Shown: positions 37,050 through 50,829, numbered from the stretch's first letter. The stretch: DNA of 64,000 bases from Octopus vulgaris (GCA_951406725.2 OX597827.1:40672001-40736000), one strand, 5' to 3'. Notes: generated by a model from the letters alone, not told the origin. Made by a program: numbers and translations.

Positions 37050-37680
37050 CCTTTTCTAGCAGATCAAGCAACCACATACTAGCTCCTTTATTTGGTGACA
37101 TTCTGGTGTTATATTTTCAGAGAAGATCTATACAAATGACTACATTGACTAGATATCACACAAGAAACACAAGGGACGATAGCTTGTACTCTGTCGATAT
37201 AAGTGCATTATGTTTGTAACCGAAAACATTGAACTCTCTAAATGGTCTCGTCCATGTAGCTTGAAAATAGATCTCGTGATGTACCTGAAACACAATTCTG
37301 TAAGCAGCAGTGGGATACTGTGTTGAGAACGAATGTTTCATGTTAGCTTGCAGAGGAATGCTACTAATGGTTGTTGAAGGTAGCCACAAGCAGGAGCTGC
37401 TGTTGCTTCTTCTTCTTCTTCCAATCAGGACTCACGCCATTAGCCACAAAGAATAATCTCTAATTCGAGCCAACTCTAAGCTACTAAGAATGCATGTGGC
37501 AACTTGAAGATCCACCCACCACACGCGATAGACTGGCGGTTGCACGGGCGCGAAAGCTACTTTGTTATCCTCATTCCGTAAACAGTGGCTTTTAACGGGT
37601 GGAGAGCTGAACCATCCTGGGGTACAGGGGATTCGTAATCTAGACTAGGGTCTGAAAGTTTACCATACTATAGTGGGTTA
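37050..37680 (-). mobile_element. Possible degraded RTE-like LINE 5' UTR / endonuclease start
   Basis: Weak resemblance only (endonuclease-like IDIV..VFLV patch, TCTCCACCCGTTAAAAGCC UTR-like motif). Confidence 0.25.
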
Positions 37681-37689
37681 CACCATGGT

Positions 37690-37898
37690 TCCTCTGCTTT
37701 GTGGTAGAAGTAGGAAGAAAGAGTGAGAGAAAGTTGTGGTGAAAGAGTACAGCGGTGTTCACCACCCCTCCCCACCGGAACTCGTGGAGCTTAGGTGTTT
37801 TTGTTCAATAAACACTCACAATACCCGGTCTGGGAATCGAAACCGCGTTCTTACGACCGCGAGTCCACTGCCCTAACCACTGGATCATTGCGCCTCCA
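37690..37898 (-). mobile_element. SINE family C
   Basis: Homologous to 10260-10445. Confidence 0.8.
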
Positions 37899-38942
37899 CT
37901 GTTACTGTTGTTGCAGCTAATGTTGTTTGACTCCAAGTCAACCCTCATGGAACAGACCATAGGATAATGACATTCCAACTGTGAACATTCCACCTTTACG
38001 CATTTACGCATAATTTACATTATATAATGTGACTCCTTTTTTTTTTCAAGACAGCAGAATGTGACTAAATGCAGCTGCTATTTCTAGAAAGCATAGCGGT
38101 TTCATGTTCCACTTACGAACAGTGTATGAGATGTGTGATTACTACCGTACCACGATTAATCAGTGTTCTCACCTTAAACTCATCTGACGACAATCAAACA
38201 GAAAGCGGTTATACTCAGCTCTCCTCTCCGAGCCGCTCCCCGTCGGATCGCCAGCGACCGGACTTCGTGCAAGTGCGCGCGCGTGTGTGCGTCTTTATGT
38301 TATTCGAGCCGCACGCCTGCGCCGTTCGGTGAATGCCACCAGGCTCGCGACACCTGTATAACACCCACCGCTTTGAGCATGAGTCGCCCGTCTTTCGCTG
38401 CCGACCCAAGACGAGGACCGAGGGGTAGATGACGAATCGACTGTGAGCAAAGTTATGCGTACAGTGACTGTCGCACTTCTGACGGTTCCAGAAGACTGTC
38501 AAGGGATATGCGGACGAAGTCGCGAGCCGTCAACCAAAGACCCAAAAAGTTAACAAAGGAGCCTCCACAAGGTGGTTCGACTGCTAGAAATAGCAGTGAA
38601 TTTTTTTCCGAAGAAAAGGAACAGAATGGTTACTAGTGGAATACTTTGATCGTAGACCGGCTTGATAAGGTCTTGTCTGAGGATTAACAACTATGACAAC
38701 CAACAAGCAAAATAGAGATTATCTACATCATCGCTTAACCTGTCAAACACTATATATTATAGAAAAAGTCATGTTGTTACCGTCTCTACTCACGATGCTA
38801 CTTGGGTTTTTAGTGTAACCCGGTTAGTTGGTAATCCTTTGATCCTGTATAAATTTCTATTGAATAATTTGCACCTACCCCAGTAGGCATGTATATAGTT
38901 GGTATATTTGTAAAAGCTTAAAATAAGATGAAAAACAACAAC

Positions 38943-38948
38943 AAAAAA
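38943..38948 (-). terminator. Pol III T6 terminator of tRNA-iMet
   Basis: TTTTTT on the minus strand, 14 nt downstream of the tRNA 3' end. Confidence 0.75.
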
Positions 38949-38962
38949 TAGTAATTACTTCT

Positions 38963-39034
38963 TAGCAGAGCGTAGTTTCGATCTACGGACCTCTGGGTTA
39001 TGGGCCCAGCACGCTTCCACTGCGCCACTCTGCT
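38963..39034 (-). tRNA. Initiator tRNA-Met (CAT)
   Basis: AGCAGAGTGGCGCAGTGGAAGCGTGCTGGGCCCATAACCCAGAGGTCCGTAGATCGAAACTACGCTCTGCTA. A1:U72 pair, three G:C pairs in the anticodon stem, CAT anticodon, GATCGAAA T-loop (A54/A60). All stems pair, 72 nt. Confidence 0.97.
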
Positions 39035-39322
39035 CGACGAGATAGTAAGTAAATACATATTATATAATACATGATTTCCTTTAGTGTCTATTTTGGACTA
39101 TGTGATTTCTATCACATCATCCATTAGGTTATGTAATTTATTTATTTTTATACATTGGATTGTGTCAAATGTATGGAATATAGTAAGTATCACAATACAT
39201 GGTGCTGTACTGGGATGTTAATTTACTTCCTGAAAGACGATATTGCATTCTGCCGTTCAGAGCCGGAGTAAGACCCACAGAGACCCTAAGCACTTAACAT
39301 ATTTTAGTACCTGCAAATATAT

Positions 39323-39547
39323 ACTCTTTACTCTCTTGTTTCAGTCATTTGACTGTGGCCATGCTGGAGCACCACCTTTAGTCGAGCAAATCGACCCCAG
39401 GACATTCTTTTGTAAGCCTAGTACTTATTCTATCGGTCTGTTTTGCCGAACCGCTAAGTTACGGGGACGTAAACACACCAGCATCGTTTGTCATGCGATG
39501 TTGGGGGGGGGGGACAAACACAGACACAAACATATACACACAAATAC

Positions 39548-39596
<49 letters not shown>

Positions 39597-39751
39597 TACG
39601 ACGGGCTTCTTTCAGTTTCCGTCTACCAAATCCATTCACAAATCCGAGGCTATAGTAAAAGACACCTGCCCAAGGTGACACGCAGTGGTACTGAACCCAG
39701 AACCATGTGGTTGGTAAGCAAGCTACTTACCTCACAGCCACTCCTACGCCT
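39323..39751 (-). mobile_element. SINE family B, full length
   Basis: Starts AGGCGTAGGAGTGGCTGTG on the minus strand, with internal (TA)n. Confidence 0.9.
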
Positions 39752-39904
39752 ATATATATGTAATTCAAAATATAAACAATAATAAACAATAACATAAATT
39801 TCATTTTTTGAAAATGAAACAATACCAAAAGCAAGATGGAAAATAATGTTTGTTTTTGGATACTTCCACTTTATATTTGAAAAGTTATATTTGTATTCTA
39901 CTGT

Positions 39905-40215
39905 GAAGGGACGTGGCCTAGTGGTTAGGGCATTCGATTTAATTCGTGAGTTCATTTCCCGGCGAGGCATTATGTCCTTGGGCAAGACACTTTATTTCAC
40001 GTTGCTCCAGTCCACTCAGCTGGCAAATATGAGTAGTACCTGTATTTCAAAGGGCCAGCCTTGTCACACTCTGTGTCACGCTGAATCTCTCTTAGAACTA
40101 CGTTAAGGGTACGCGTGTCTGTGGAATACTCATCCACTTGCACGTTAATTTCACGAGCAACTTGTTCTGCTGATCGTATCAGCTGGGACCCTCGTCGTCG
40201 TAACCGACGGAGTTC
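39905..40215 (+). mobile_element. SINE family D, tail type 2
   Basis: A box TGGCCTAGTGG, core CACGTTGCTCCAGTCCACTCAGCTGG, tail as in the 28745 copy. Confidence 0.8.
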
Positions 40216-40325
40216 TCCTTATATTCTACTATTTTTTTTTTTTAACTGCTAAGTCTTTTATCAGTTCCTCAAGATTAATCGTACGTAGAGATAAAGCATC
40301 CCGAATATTATTTTAGCAAGTCTAA

Positions 40326-40567
40326 AGCACCATCCGTCCGTGGCTGTTTGCCAGCTCCGTCTGGCACCTGTGCGGGTGGCACGTAAAAAGCACCCACTAC
40401 ACTCACGGAGTGGTTGGCGTTAGGAAGGGCATCCAGCCGTAGAAACACTGCCAGATCAGACTGGGCCTGATGCAGCCTTCTGGTTTCACAGACCCCAGTT
40501 GAACCGTCCAACCCATGCTAGCATGGAAAGCGGACGCTAAATGATGATGATGATGATGATGATGATG
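40326..40567 (+). mobile_element. SINE/LINE-type 3' segment with (ATG)n tail
   Basis: GGTTGGCGTTAGGAAGGGCATCCAGCCGTAGAAAC resembles a widespread metazoan SINE central domain. Ends GGACGCTAA(ATG)n. Confidence 0.6.
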
Positions 40568-41149
40568 AAAGCGATTTCTTTTGTGCTGTAGACCATTTAC
40601 ATTTTTATACTACCCCTCCCCCGCTTACCTTGATGCTCTAAGCACGTACTTATTTTGCTTAATGGTAAACCAGTGCTGGTGCCCATACTCAGGGAGTTCC
40701 ATTTGACAAACCTTATGCATATGTCTATGCATTGCAAGTTTTTCTGGATGTCTCTTCGTTTGCAGTTTTCAAATCAACCAGAAGCAATTCTCTAGGTGTT
40801 TCCCCAGCGCCACATAGCTGGCAAGCTTGTTAGTCGCAGTCTACTGTTTTAGAAAGAAAGACATTTTGGCTTAAATTGATTCTAAATATAATCTGCCACA
40901 ATATAAGACCGGATAAGTGATGGCTGGAATGTTTCTGACAACAAGTTTTCTCTATCATAGATGACCTAGGACTAAGCAACAAGAAAAAAAAAACAACAAA
41001 AAACAAAATCAGCAAAAGGTGTAAGGCATAGCTATGTAGTTAAGAAGTTCGCTTTGCAACCGCATAACTGCGGGTTCAGTTCCTCCGAGCGGCATCTTCG
41101 AAACTGTGTAGAAGCCGGTCCTATATATGTGTGTATTTGTATGCATGTA

Positions 41150-41206
<57 letters not shown>

Positions 41207-41789
41207 GTGTGTGTGTGTGTGTGTGCGTGTTCCACCTCTTGACAATAGGTGTTTGTTTACTTACGTCTCTGCACATCAGCGGTTTCGGCAACCCCCCCCC
41301 CCCCCCGGTTGTAACTTTACATTTTCTTCCAAAGAATATTTTTCTAACCTCTAACATAATTGAATGGAGAATGAAATTATTAGTAACATCCAAGATAGCG
41401 GGTAGACACAGACATGTAATTGATAAGGACTCAATGATGGCTTGAGCAAGTATTTGAGCTAACGCAAGCATATTGTGTATAATGCTAGCATAATGTGCAT
41501 TTTTATAGATAACAAATCGATGAAATTAGGCCCGGAAGGGCGGAAAGCAATGGTTACATCGTCGAGACTTGAACTCAAAATCTAAAGAAGTCAAACCAGT
41601 ACCGAAAGGTATTTTGTTCGTCGCTCTAACAATTTTGCCAGTTCTCTACGTCTACAAATATAGAAAATCAGATAAACAGACAGGTAGACTGAGAGATAGG
41701 TAGGAAGGTAGGTAGGTAGGTAGGTAGGTAGGTAGGTAGGTAGGTAGGTAAGTAGGCATGCAGGTAGACAGACGGATGGATGGATGAAT

Positions 41790-41840
<51 letters not shown>

Positions 41841-41844
41841 TAGA

Positions 41845-41896
<52 letters not shown>

Positions 41897-41964
41897 TAGA
41901 CAGTTAGACAGACAGATAGACAGACAGATAGATAGATATTTAGATTGATAGTTAGATAGATAGG

Positions 41965-42034
<70 letters not shown>

Positions 42035-42776
42035 TGCAGCCAGAGGTGTTAATAGTTTAAAGTTTCTAATTGAACACACTCGGGCACACATAATATATTT
42101 ATATAAGTTCGAAAATGTGTGTGTGTGTGTGATGTTTGCTGGTATGAATGTGTACATGTGCGATGTTTTTATTGGGTTGCTCGCTAGATGGTGTTAGAAC
42201 AAACACGTTAAGCTGTTTTATTGCTGTTGTTGTTGTTGTCGCTGCTGTTGTAGACTTTATTGTATAAAAAAAGAATGAACGCGCTCGGCCTGTGTTGGTA
42301 TTTATCCGGAAGCCACCTCGCTGTTTGGTGAGCCAAAACATGTTCATACGATGCTGTTACACAGCCAGAAGCCTTCTTGCAATCACAAACATGATCCAAC
42401 AACAGAAGAATAGAAACACCAGCAGCAACTACAACAACAGTGGTATCTCTAAGCAAGCCTGTCTGAGATTTCCGCTTTTGCTGGAAGGTGCTTCCCTCCC
42501 ATATACCTCCACACTCTTCCTCTCTTTTTTCGTCTACATTTATTATTTTATACCTGCATGTTTTAAGTCATTCGTTAAAAAGCGCATGGGGGAAAATGAA
42601 AAAAGAAATTAATAAAATAAACAGGAAAAGAAAAAAATTGCAAGAAATGTGTCGTAAAATATACAACCTGAAGTCTTCTTTTCATGATTTATTTTGCTTG
42701 GTTTTGTTCTTCATTTTGTTTTATTTCTCTGTTGTTATACCGATTTTGTTTCCGTTTTTCATTTTCTACTGATATA

Positions 42777-43050
42777 CAGTGGAACTTCGGTTTACGAACG
42801 CCTCTCATCACGAACAAATCGGTTTACGAACAACCTTTCGAATATAAAACGTCTCGAGTGACGAACGGTGTCACGAGTAACGAATACAAGCAGGCAACAG
42901 TTGGAGACAAGCTGGGAGTATCAGCGGGAGGGTGTCAGTTATTGATTCGCTTTTGCTCAGGGTATACAACCCTACTCGGATTTGCCGTTCTTTCTTTTGA
43001 ATTTCAAATGGGAAAAATAGTTTCGGTTTCCGAACAATTTTGGGTGAGGA
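42777..43050. mobile_element. pogo/Tigger-like MITE remnant
   Basis: TA|CAGTGGAACTTCGGTTTACGAAC with repeated ACGAAC subterminal motifs. Confidence 0.6.
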
Positions 43051-44779
43051 AACGGCTTATATATATATACAACAAAGTTTATTGGTATGAATTTTCTAAA
43101 ACTCTTTTAGGGACAAACGGTTTTCACAATGAATTCCAATATTCCAATTTAATCGGAATTTATATGATCTGAAGCATTTTTGTAGAAAAGAAATATTTAA
43201 TTTTCTCAAGGGTACAATTATGTAGATATACCGAAATATTTATATATAAATATATATATATACAATACAAGGATGTATATAAAACTAACTCTGTAAAAAA
43301 TGTATGTGTGTGTGTATATTTGTATGTTTCTGTATGCATTTATACATGTATATGTATAAGTTTCAGAAGATTTTAGAATAATGGAATAAAAGTCAGTCAT
43401 AATGAGAGAGCTCTCAAAAATCTATTTTCTTAATTTTTAACTAGTGTTTCTAGCACACATATTTACGCAATTTTGATTTTGAAGTGTTTAAAAAATTATT
43501 TGGAAATTATTTGGAAAGTATAAATAGAAACGAATGGTAGATTCGGAGTGTCCGTATTTTAAAACCACGAATTAAAATAAAAAGTTGTGTGTGTCAAACT
43601 TTTTCTCTAGAGGTTCATGGCTTCATAGCGTGGAAAACTGCATCAAAATAACCAATTTTCAGATTTTTTACTTACTTTAAAAAAATGCAGATTTTGTGAG
43701 AGGGACAAACTAGATCCTGAATAAGAAATGAATGTTTAATATGACAAATTTTCAGATTTTTTTACGTCATTTTAAAAGGGGGTTGATTTTGTGATTCAAG
43801 CTAACTAGATCCAAATACAGTGAATACCATCCTCCACAATTTGTTACTCATATGAAGTACATATGTATTTCAACAATTTCTATCAAATACACTCTCTTTC
43901 TTGAGTATAAAAAATCCTCGTTTCAGATTGTTGCACAAGTTCTAGCTGTTTTGATAAGGGAAATCAGAAAGGTTTGAAATGATCTCATCTGCATTTACTC
44001 GTATAAAGGAGCACTCTTTCGATAGACAACACGTGGATCTCATAAGTGTCGCGTGGTAGAAATAAACGTAATTACCAAACTTCCAATTCATTATTTCGTT
44101 TTTTTTTTGGTTTTTTTTTTTTTGGCATTTCAATTTGTGCATCTGTACTCTCGACTGCGTACAAGCGTATATGTAAAACGATGTCCTTTATTTTTTAATC
44201 ATTATCTGCTGATATCAAAATAAATAGTATATTGAAAAATAAAAATATTTTCGGGGTAGGATGGAGTGGGGGTGGGGGCATTTTTGGCTCCAAGGGTCAA
44301 AAGGGGACCTTTGGCCAAAATGGGTTGAGAACCTTTGATCTATTCCATCGACCTCAGTACTTGACAAGTACTTTATTTTCTCGGTTGATAAACCCCGAGA
44401 GGATGAAAAGCAAAGTTGATCTCGGCGGAATTTGAACTCAGATGCTTTAACAATTCTGCCCATACACGACCTTTTAATAATTGCTTCTAATATAGACACA
44501 AGGTATGAAAATTAAGGTTATAGATCGTCGGTTATATCAACCCCAGGACTTAACTATTGCTTATTTTATCATCCTCAGTACTTTACAGGTAGTGTATTTC
44601 ATCGATACTGAAAGAATCAAAAGTGAATTTGACTTTGGTTTAGAACTCATATCGTTCTAAACCAAACGTATTCTCATTGGCACACTGACGACTCTACCAA
44701 TGGCATAAAACAGTGAGCTTACATTTGTTCTGGTGTTTCACAAAAAAGCATAGTCTCGCAATGCAATAGAAATTATACA

Positions 44780-45290
44780 GAGCTATATTTAAACAGGCTC
44801 TTAGAAAATGAATCAGCAAAAATCTTGTGAGATTTAAATATCGAAACCGTCGATCAGCGCCACTTCAATGCATGGGCACTTTGAGAAGTTGCCTGGGGTG
44901 GGTGTCACGGTCAAGGACCCCAATGCTAATTGTGGCTCGTTGTTAAGACCACCTTACCATCGGCCAAAGATTGTTGACATTGAGAAAAAGGCAGGAAAAT
45001 GTTACTGTAAAGATGAGGCCATTTCAGGTGATAATAGTATAGTCATTAAGGAGCACGAAAAAGAAAATTGATAATAATTCGGGAAGTTTCAATAGGAAAT
45101 ATCAAGAATGTGGAACACACAAGCTAAAGCTGTGCTAATAGTAAGCGATGTCCTTGGATCAATTCCTAATAAGATAGCATCATACATCAACAAGTTAAAT
45201 ATGCCATCCAACATTATATCATTATACAAGTTTGTAGCACTTCTGGGAATTGGTAACTTACTGCAAAATATCATTTCTGCCGGAGGGTAT
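44780..45290 (+). mobile_element. Highly degraded R4/Dong RLE-domain remnant
   Basis: HRPKIVDIEKKAGKC..DEAISGD..KEHEK and SRMWNT.AK.V.IV..VLG. Followed by a long (TAA)n tract. Confidence 0.5.
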
Positions 45291-45372
45291 CTGGCTCGAA
45301 GGAAAGCACTTAATATGTATTCCGTTAAGAGCTTAATCGGTGTTAGTAGAAATAATAACAACAGTAATAATG

Positions 45373-45482
<110 letters not shown>

Positions 45483-45536
45483 CTATTCTACTATAGGCAC
45501 AGGGCCAGGATTTTGTGCACACACACACACACACAC

Positions 45537-45625
<89 letters not shown>

Positions 45626-45759
45626 AATATTATTTATATTATACATATGTGTGTGTGTATATTTATTTATACACATATATAAAAACCTATATACCTCCTT
45701 AATACATTTACATGGACAAATATCGTGCCTGCTAGTTTACACGTATACACACACACACA

Positions 45760-45832
<73 letters not shown>

Positions 45833-45846
45833 ATATATATATCAAA

Positions 45847-46150
45847 GGAGCATTCGGTCGGTTACGACGACGAGGGTTCCAGCTGATACGATCAACGGAA
45901 CAGCCTGCTCGTGCGAGTGACTGAGTAATCCACAGACACGTGTACCCCTAACGGAGTTAGGGAGATTCAGCGTAACATAGAGTGCGACAAAGCCGGCCCT
46001 TTAAAATACAGGTACAAATGATTTTTGCCAGCTGAGTGGACTGGAGCAACGTGAAATAAAGTGTCTTGCTCAAGGACACAACGCGTCGCCGGGAATCGAA
46101 CTCACGACCTTACAATCGTGAGCCGAATGCCCTAACCACTAAGCCACGCA
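45847..46150 (-). mobile_element. SINE family D, tail type 2
   Basis: Reverse-complement homology to 39905-40215. Confidence 0.8.
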
Positions 46151-46556
46151 TATTATATATAAATTTACACACACACACATCTATCTATGTATCTATCTCT
46201 CTATCTGTGTATCTTTGTGTCTGTGTTTGTCCACCACTCGACAACCGACCTTGATGTTTTTACGATCCCGTAACTTAGCGGTTCGCTAAAAAGGATTCCA
46301 CAAAATAAGTACGAGGATTCTAAGAAAAAATAAGTACTTCAAGGCCGTGCTCCGGCATGGCCGCAGTCTAATGACTGAAAGAAGTGAAAGCTAAAGTAAA
46401 GGTAAAAGTATGCCTGAAAACAAAATCGATGAAACCGTGATGACTGGAACGAATTACTTTGGACCATGGACCATCTGCTTGGTTAAAGGTGGCCTGTGGT
46501 TAAATAACAAAAGCAACAACGTCAACAAGCAGCGCCAACAACAACGATAGAGTTAA

Positions 46557-46955
46557 TCTTTATATATAAAAGTGAAGTTGTGTGTCTGTCTCCTACGATT
46601 TAGATTCCTAACTACTCCCGCATTTTGCGGTGCAGTGTAACCAAAAGCGGGTATCTTATAGTCGTGATTCATATCGAGCTCTTCTGGGTATTAGCGCGCG
46701 TCTACGATGAGTCTACGATTAAAAAAAAAAATTACCATCATTTTTTTCCATTTTAATGCATTTTTTTCGCTATTATATAAGGGAAGTAACTCTCTAAAAA
46801 TGTCTACGATGAGTCAACGATTTAAAAAAAAATTTACCATAATTTTTTTTCCATTTTTAATGCATTTTTTTGCTATTTTTTGGCTATAACTCTCTAAAAA
46901 TGCTTATATAGTTATTTCCTTTACAAACCCGAGCAACGCCGGGCGATACTGCTAG
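46557..46955 (+). mobile_element. Non-autonomous Helitron
   Basis: A|TCTTTATATATAAA start, 3' hairpin CCCGAGCAACGCCGGG, CTGCTAG|T end, no TSD, internal about 100-bp tandem duplication. Confidence 0.88.
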
Positions 46956-47628
46956 TGTAATATAAATATAAATTAATGTTGATGGTGAAGATGGTGGCGG
47001 TGTCGGTGGTGGTGGTGGTGGTAATGATGGTGGTAACGGTGGTGGTTGTGGTAATGGTTGTGGTGATTGTGGTGGTGGTGATTGTGGTGGTGGTGGTGGT
47101 GGTGGTAGAAGTGATGGTGGTGTTAGATGAAGGATGGGTGGACAATAAATCAGCCGACATTTATGATTTCACACTTGGTTATCTTGGCGCAAGGCGGTGA
47201 TGGCTGGGTGATGGCGGCGGCGGCAGCGGCAGAGACAGTGGTAGTGGTAGTGGTGGTGGTGTTGGAGGAACACCTGAAGTCGACATCTAAAGAGGTTATC
47301 TGAGTTATTGATGGAAAGGAGGTGGTGGAGTGGGATAGTTGGTTTCAGTCACCCCCACCATGTTTGTGGAGTGGCCATTGACAGAAGCGGAGATAACAGA
47401 GAAACACAAATAGATCGTCGACTTAGACGTCACCGTCGTCGTCATCGCCGTCGTCGTCATCGCCGTCGTCGTCATCGCCGTCGTCGTCATCGTCGTCGTC
47501 ACTGTCATCGTCATCATCCTCGACATCATCATCACCACCATCATCATCATCATCACTACCATCATCATCATCATCGTCGTCATCATCATCGTCATCATCA
47601 TCATCATCATCATCATCATTATCATCAC

Positions 47629-47668
<40 letters not shown>

Positions 47669-48141
47669 GGTATCGGCGGCGTCCTCATCGTAATCGTTTA
47701 CGTTGTCGTCATCATTATCGCTAGTATTATCGTTAGTTTCATTATCATCGTCGTCGTCGTCATTACCATCAACATTGTCATCGACATCATCATCATTATC
47801 ATTATCATAATTATAATCATAATCATCATCGTCATCATCATCATCATCATTATCATCGTCATCTACCTCACCATCATCCCTGTCGTCATCATCGTATAGT
47901 CATCTTCACCATTACCATTAGCATAATCGTCGATACACATTGCACGCGCACACTTATGTACGTGTGTGTGTGAGTGTGCGTGTGCGAGCGCGGATGTTCG
48001 TGTGTATGTGTGTGTCTGCGTGCGTATGTGCGTGTGTGCTGCGTGTGTGTTCAAATCCGAAAAAGGAAAAAGGTGAAAAAAAAAGAGAATGTTGGGGAAA
48101 TTTAAATAAGAAACAGCTAATTAGGGAAAAATACAGAAAAC

Positions 48142-48503
<362 letters not shown>

Positions 48504-48781
48504 TTTGCTGAAAGACAGTCTGTAGATTTCATACAAGAGTTGGATAAGCTCATTTGCTGCGAAGAGTGAAGGATATCGCTAATAATGCGGTTGCTGTTAT
48601 TGTTATTGTTGTTGTTGTTATTGTAGTTGTATACCCTGGCTCAGCCATATTAGAGAGGCCCTAAAATATTAGATGTTCAAGATATCTGCTTTTCTCTCTC
48701 TCCCTCTCACTCACTCTTTATGTCTCTCTTTCGACAAATGTAATTAGAACTAGATTATCTAATATACACTTTGTGTGTGTA

Positions 48782-48823
<42 letters not shown>

Positions 48824-49443
48824 CGCGCGCGCGCGCCTTTCTGTTTGTGTCCGCCCCAACACTACTTCACAGCCAGTACTGGTTTTGTTTACGTTTCCGT
48901 AACTTAGCGCTTCGTCAGAAGATTCCAACAGAATAGGTATCGAACTTTGAATAACCAAAGTAATTACTGGCGGCAATTTATTCAACTAAATCCTCCAAGA
49001 CGGTGCTCCAGCATGGCTGTAGTCCAATGAGCGAAACAAGCAAAAGATAAAACGCTGGATTGAACCTATCGTGAATTTAAATATATTTTAAAAGAACTCG
49101 GAGAGAATTGTGGCAATTTATAGAACAGTTATGAGTCTTTCTGTCTAAGCATGGGTTCCATACTCAAGACTTCTATGATTTGAAAGATGGAGGGAAACTC
49201 TTTGTAGACGTTACAGGCTTTCTAATATGATAGAACTAGAGATATCTCTGTTATGGGACATTGAGACGTCACTACTTCCATAGTTTCGTCGTTTATAAAG
49301 GCATATGCAACGTGTTGTGTTGGCGAGAATAATCATGGTCCTCCGGTCCCCCGCGCAGCTGATCCTCTGTTGAAGTTGTGCTGAATGAGACGGTTAGGCA
49401 TTCAACCTGTTTGGGCAACAATGCATTTAGGCACTAAAGGCAA

Positions 49444-49496
<53 letters not shown>

Positions 49497-50402
49497 TACA
49501 GACGCACTCACGCAAAAATATACAACTATAGATATGCAGAGAAGGGGAAAGAAAGAGAGGGAGAGAGAGAGAGAGAGATATTACACATACAAACGTAACT
49601 AGATAACTAGAAGCACACACGCATAAGCAGAGAAAGGGCGAGAGTAGGGAGAGTAAGAGAGAAACATTAAAACGGCCTAGGTCACATAAGTCAGCGTTGA
49701 ATCAGCGTTGCTGAAACGACTGTTACAAAACTTTTAAAAACCGAATTATAAGTCATGGTTTCCATCGATCATCGATAAATAAATAATTATTCATTGCAGA
49801 ATCGATTGCTTTCATGCATTTTACAATAATGATTTTAAATCTTTAATAAAAATAAACAGCTGAACCATAACTGTCGCCAGCATTCATCTTTATTGCACTT
49901 AATATGTAATGACAAAACCAACAGCCACCCTAGACAAATGTTGGAAACACTGATTGTTTATCAGTAACACCGAAGACAATATATATATTTCAACAAGCAA
50001 CATTTTTATGGAGACAGTGACAAAACAAATGACACAAACTTATTGGCAGCAATAAAGGCGTGATTATTGCGTCATTACTTTGTATATATTTCTTTTCATA
50101 ATAAATCTCGTAAGACTAAGCCATTTTTTTTTTATTTTTGTGTATGTAATGTTACTATATAAAACAATATACAAACTACATCCGCTTCATTGTGCATTGG
50201 TGGGTTCAAATTTGCAATTTGTCTCTACTTTCGGTGTCCTTGTGGAAACCACCCTCCCCCTTTTCATCATCCGCACCATCATCATCATTATCATCATCAT
50301 CATCATCATCACTATCATCGTCGTCGTTGTCGTCATTGTTATCATTGTCATCATCATCATCATCACCACCATGATCATCATCAAGTTTGTACTTGCTAAT
50401 TT

Positions 50403-50811
50403 AGCTGGCAGAAACGTTAGCACGCCGGGCGAAATGCGTAGCCGTATTTCGTCTGCCGCTACGTTCTGAGTTCAAATTCCGCCGAGGTTGACTTTACCTT
50501 TCATCCTTTCGGGGTCGATTAAATAAGTACCAATTACGCACTGGGGTCGATATAATCGACTTAATCAGTTTGTCTGCCCTTGTTTTTCCCCTCTGTGTGT
50601 AGCCCCGTGTGGACAGTAAAGAAATAGGTATTTCGTCTGCCGCTACGTTCTGAGTTCAAATTCCGCCGAGGTTGACTTTGCCTTTCATCCTTTCGGGGTC
50701 GATTAAATAAGTACCAGTTACGCACTGGAGTCGATATAATCGACTTAATCCGTTTGTCTGTCCTTGTTTGTCTACTCTGTGTGTAGCCCCTTGTGGGCAG
50801 TAAAGAAATAA
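50403..50811 (+). mobile_element. SINE family A tandem dimer
   Basis: Period 184 bp (GTATTTC at 50444 and 50628). Junction AAGAAATAGGTATTTCG. Confidence 0.88.
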
Positions 50812-50829
50812 GTAACGTTATATCGAGGT

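Noticed and set aside
38240-38520. 7SK, RNase P/MRP or telomerase RNA
   Set aside because: Only short coincidental-looking matches (GATCGCCAG, GTCAAGGG). No paired GAUC stem, P4 motifs, CUAACCCU template or Pol III terminator was seen.
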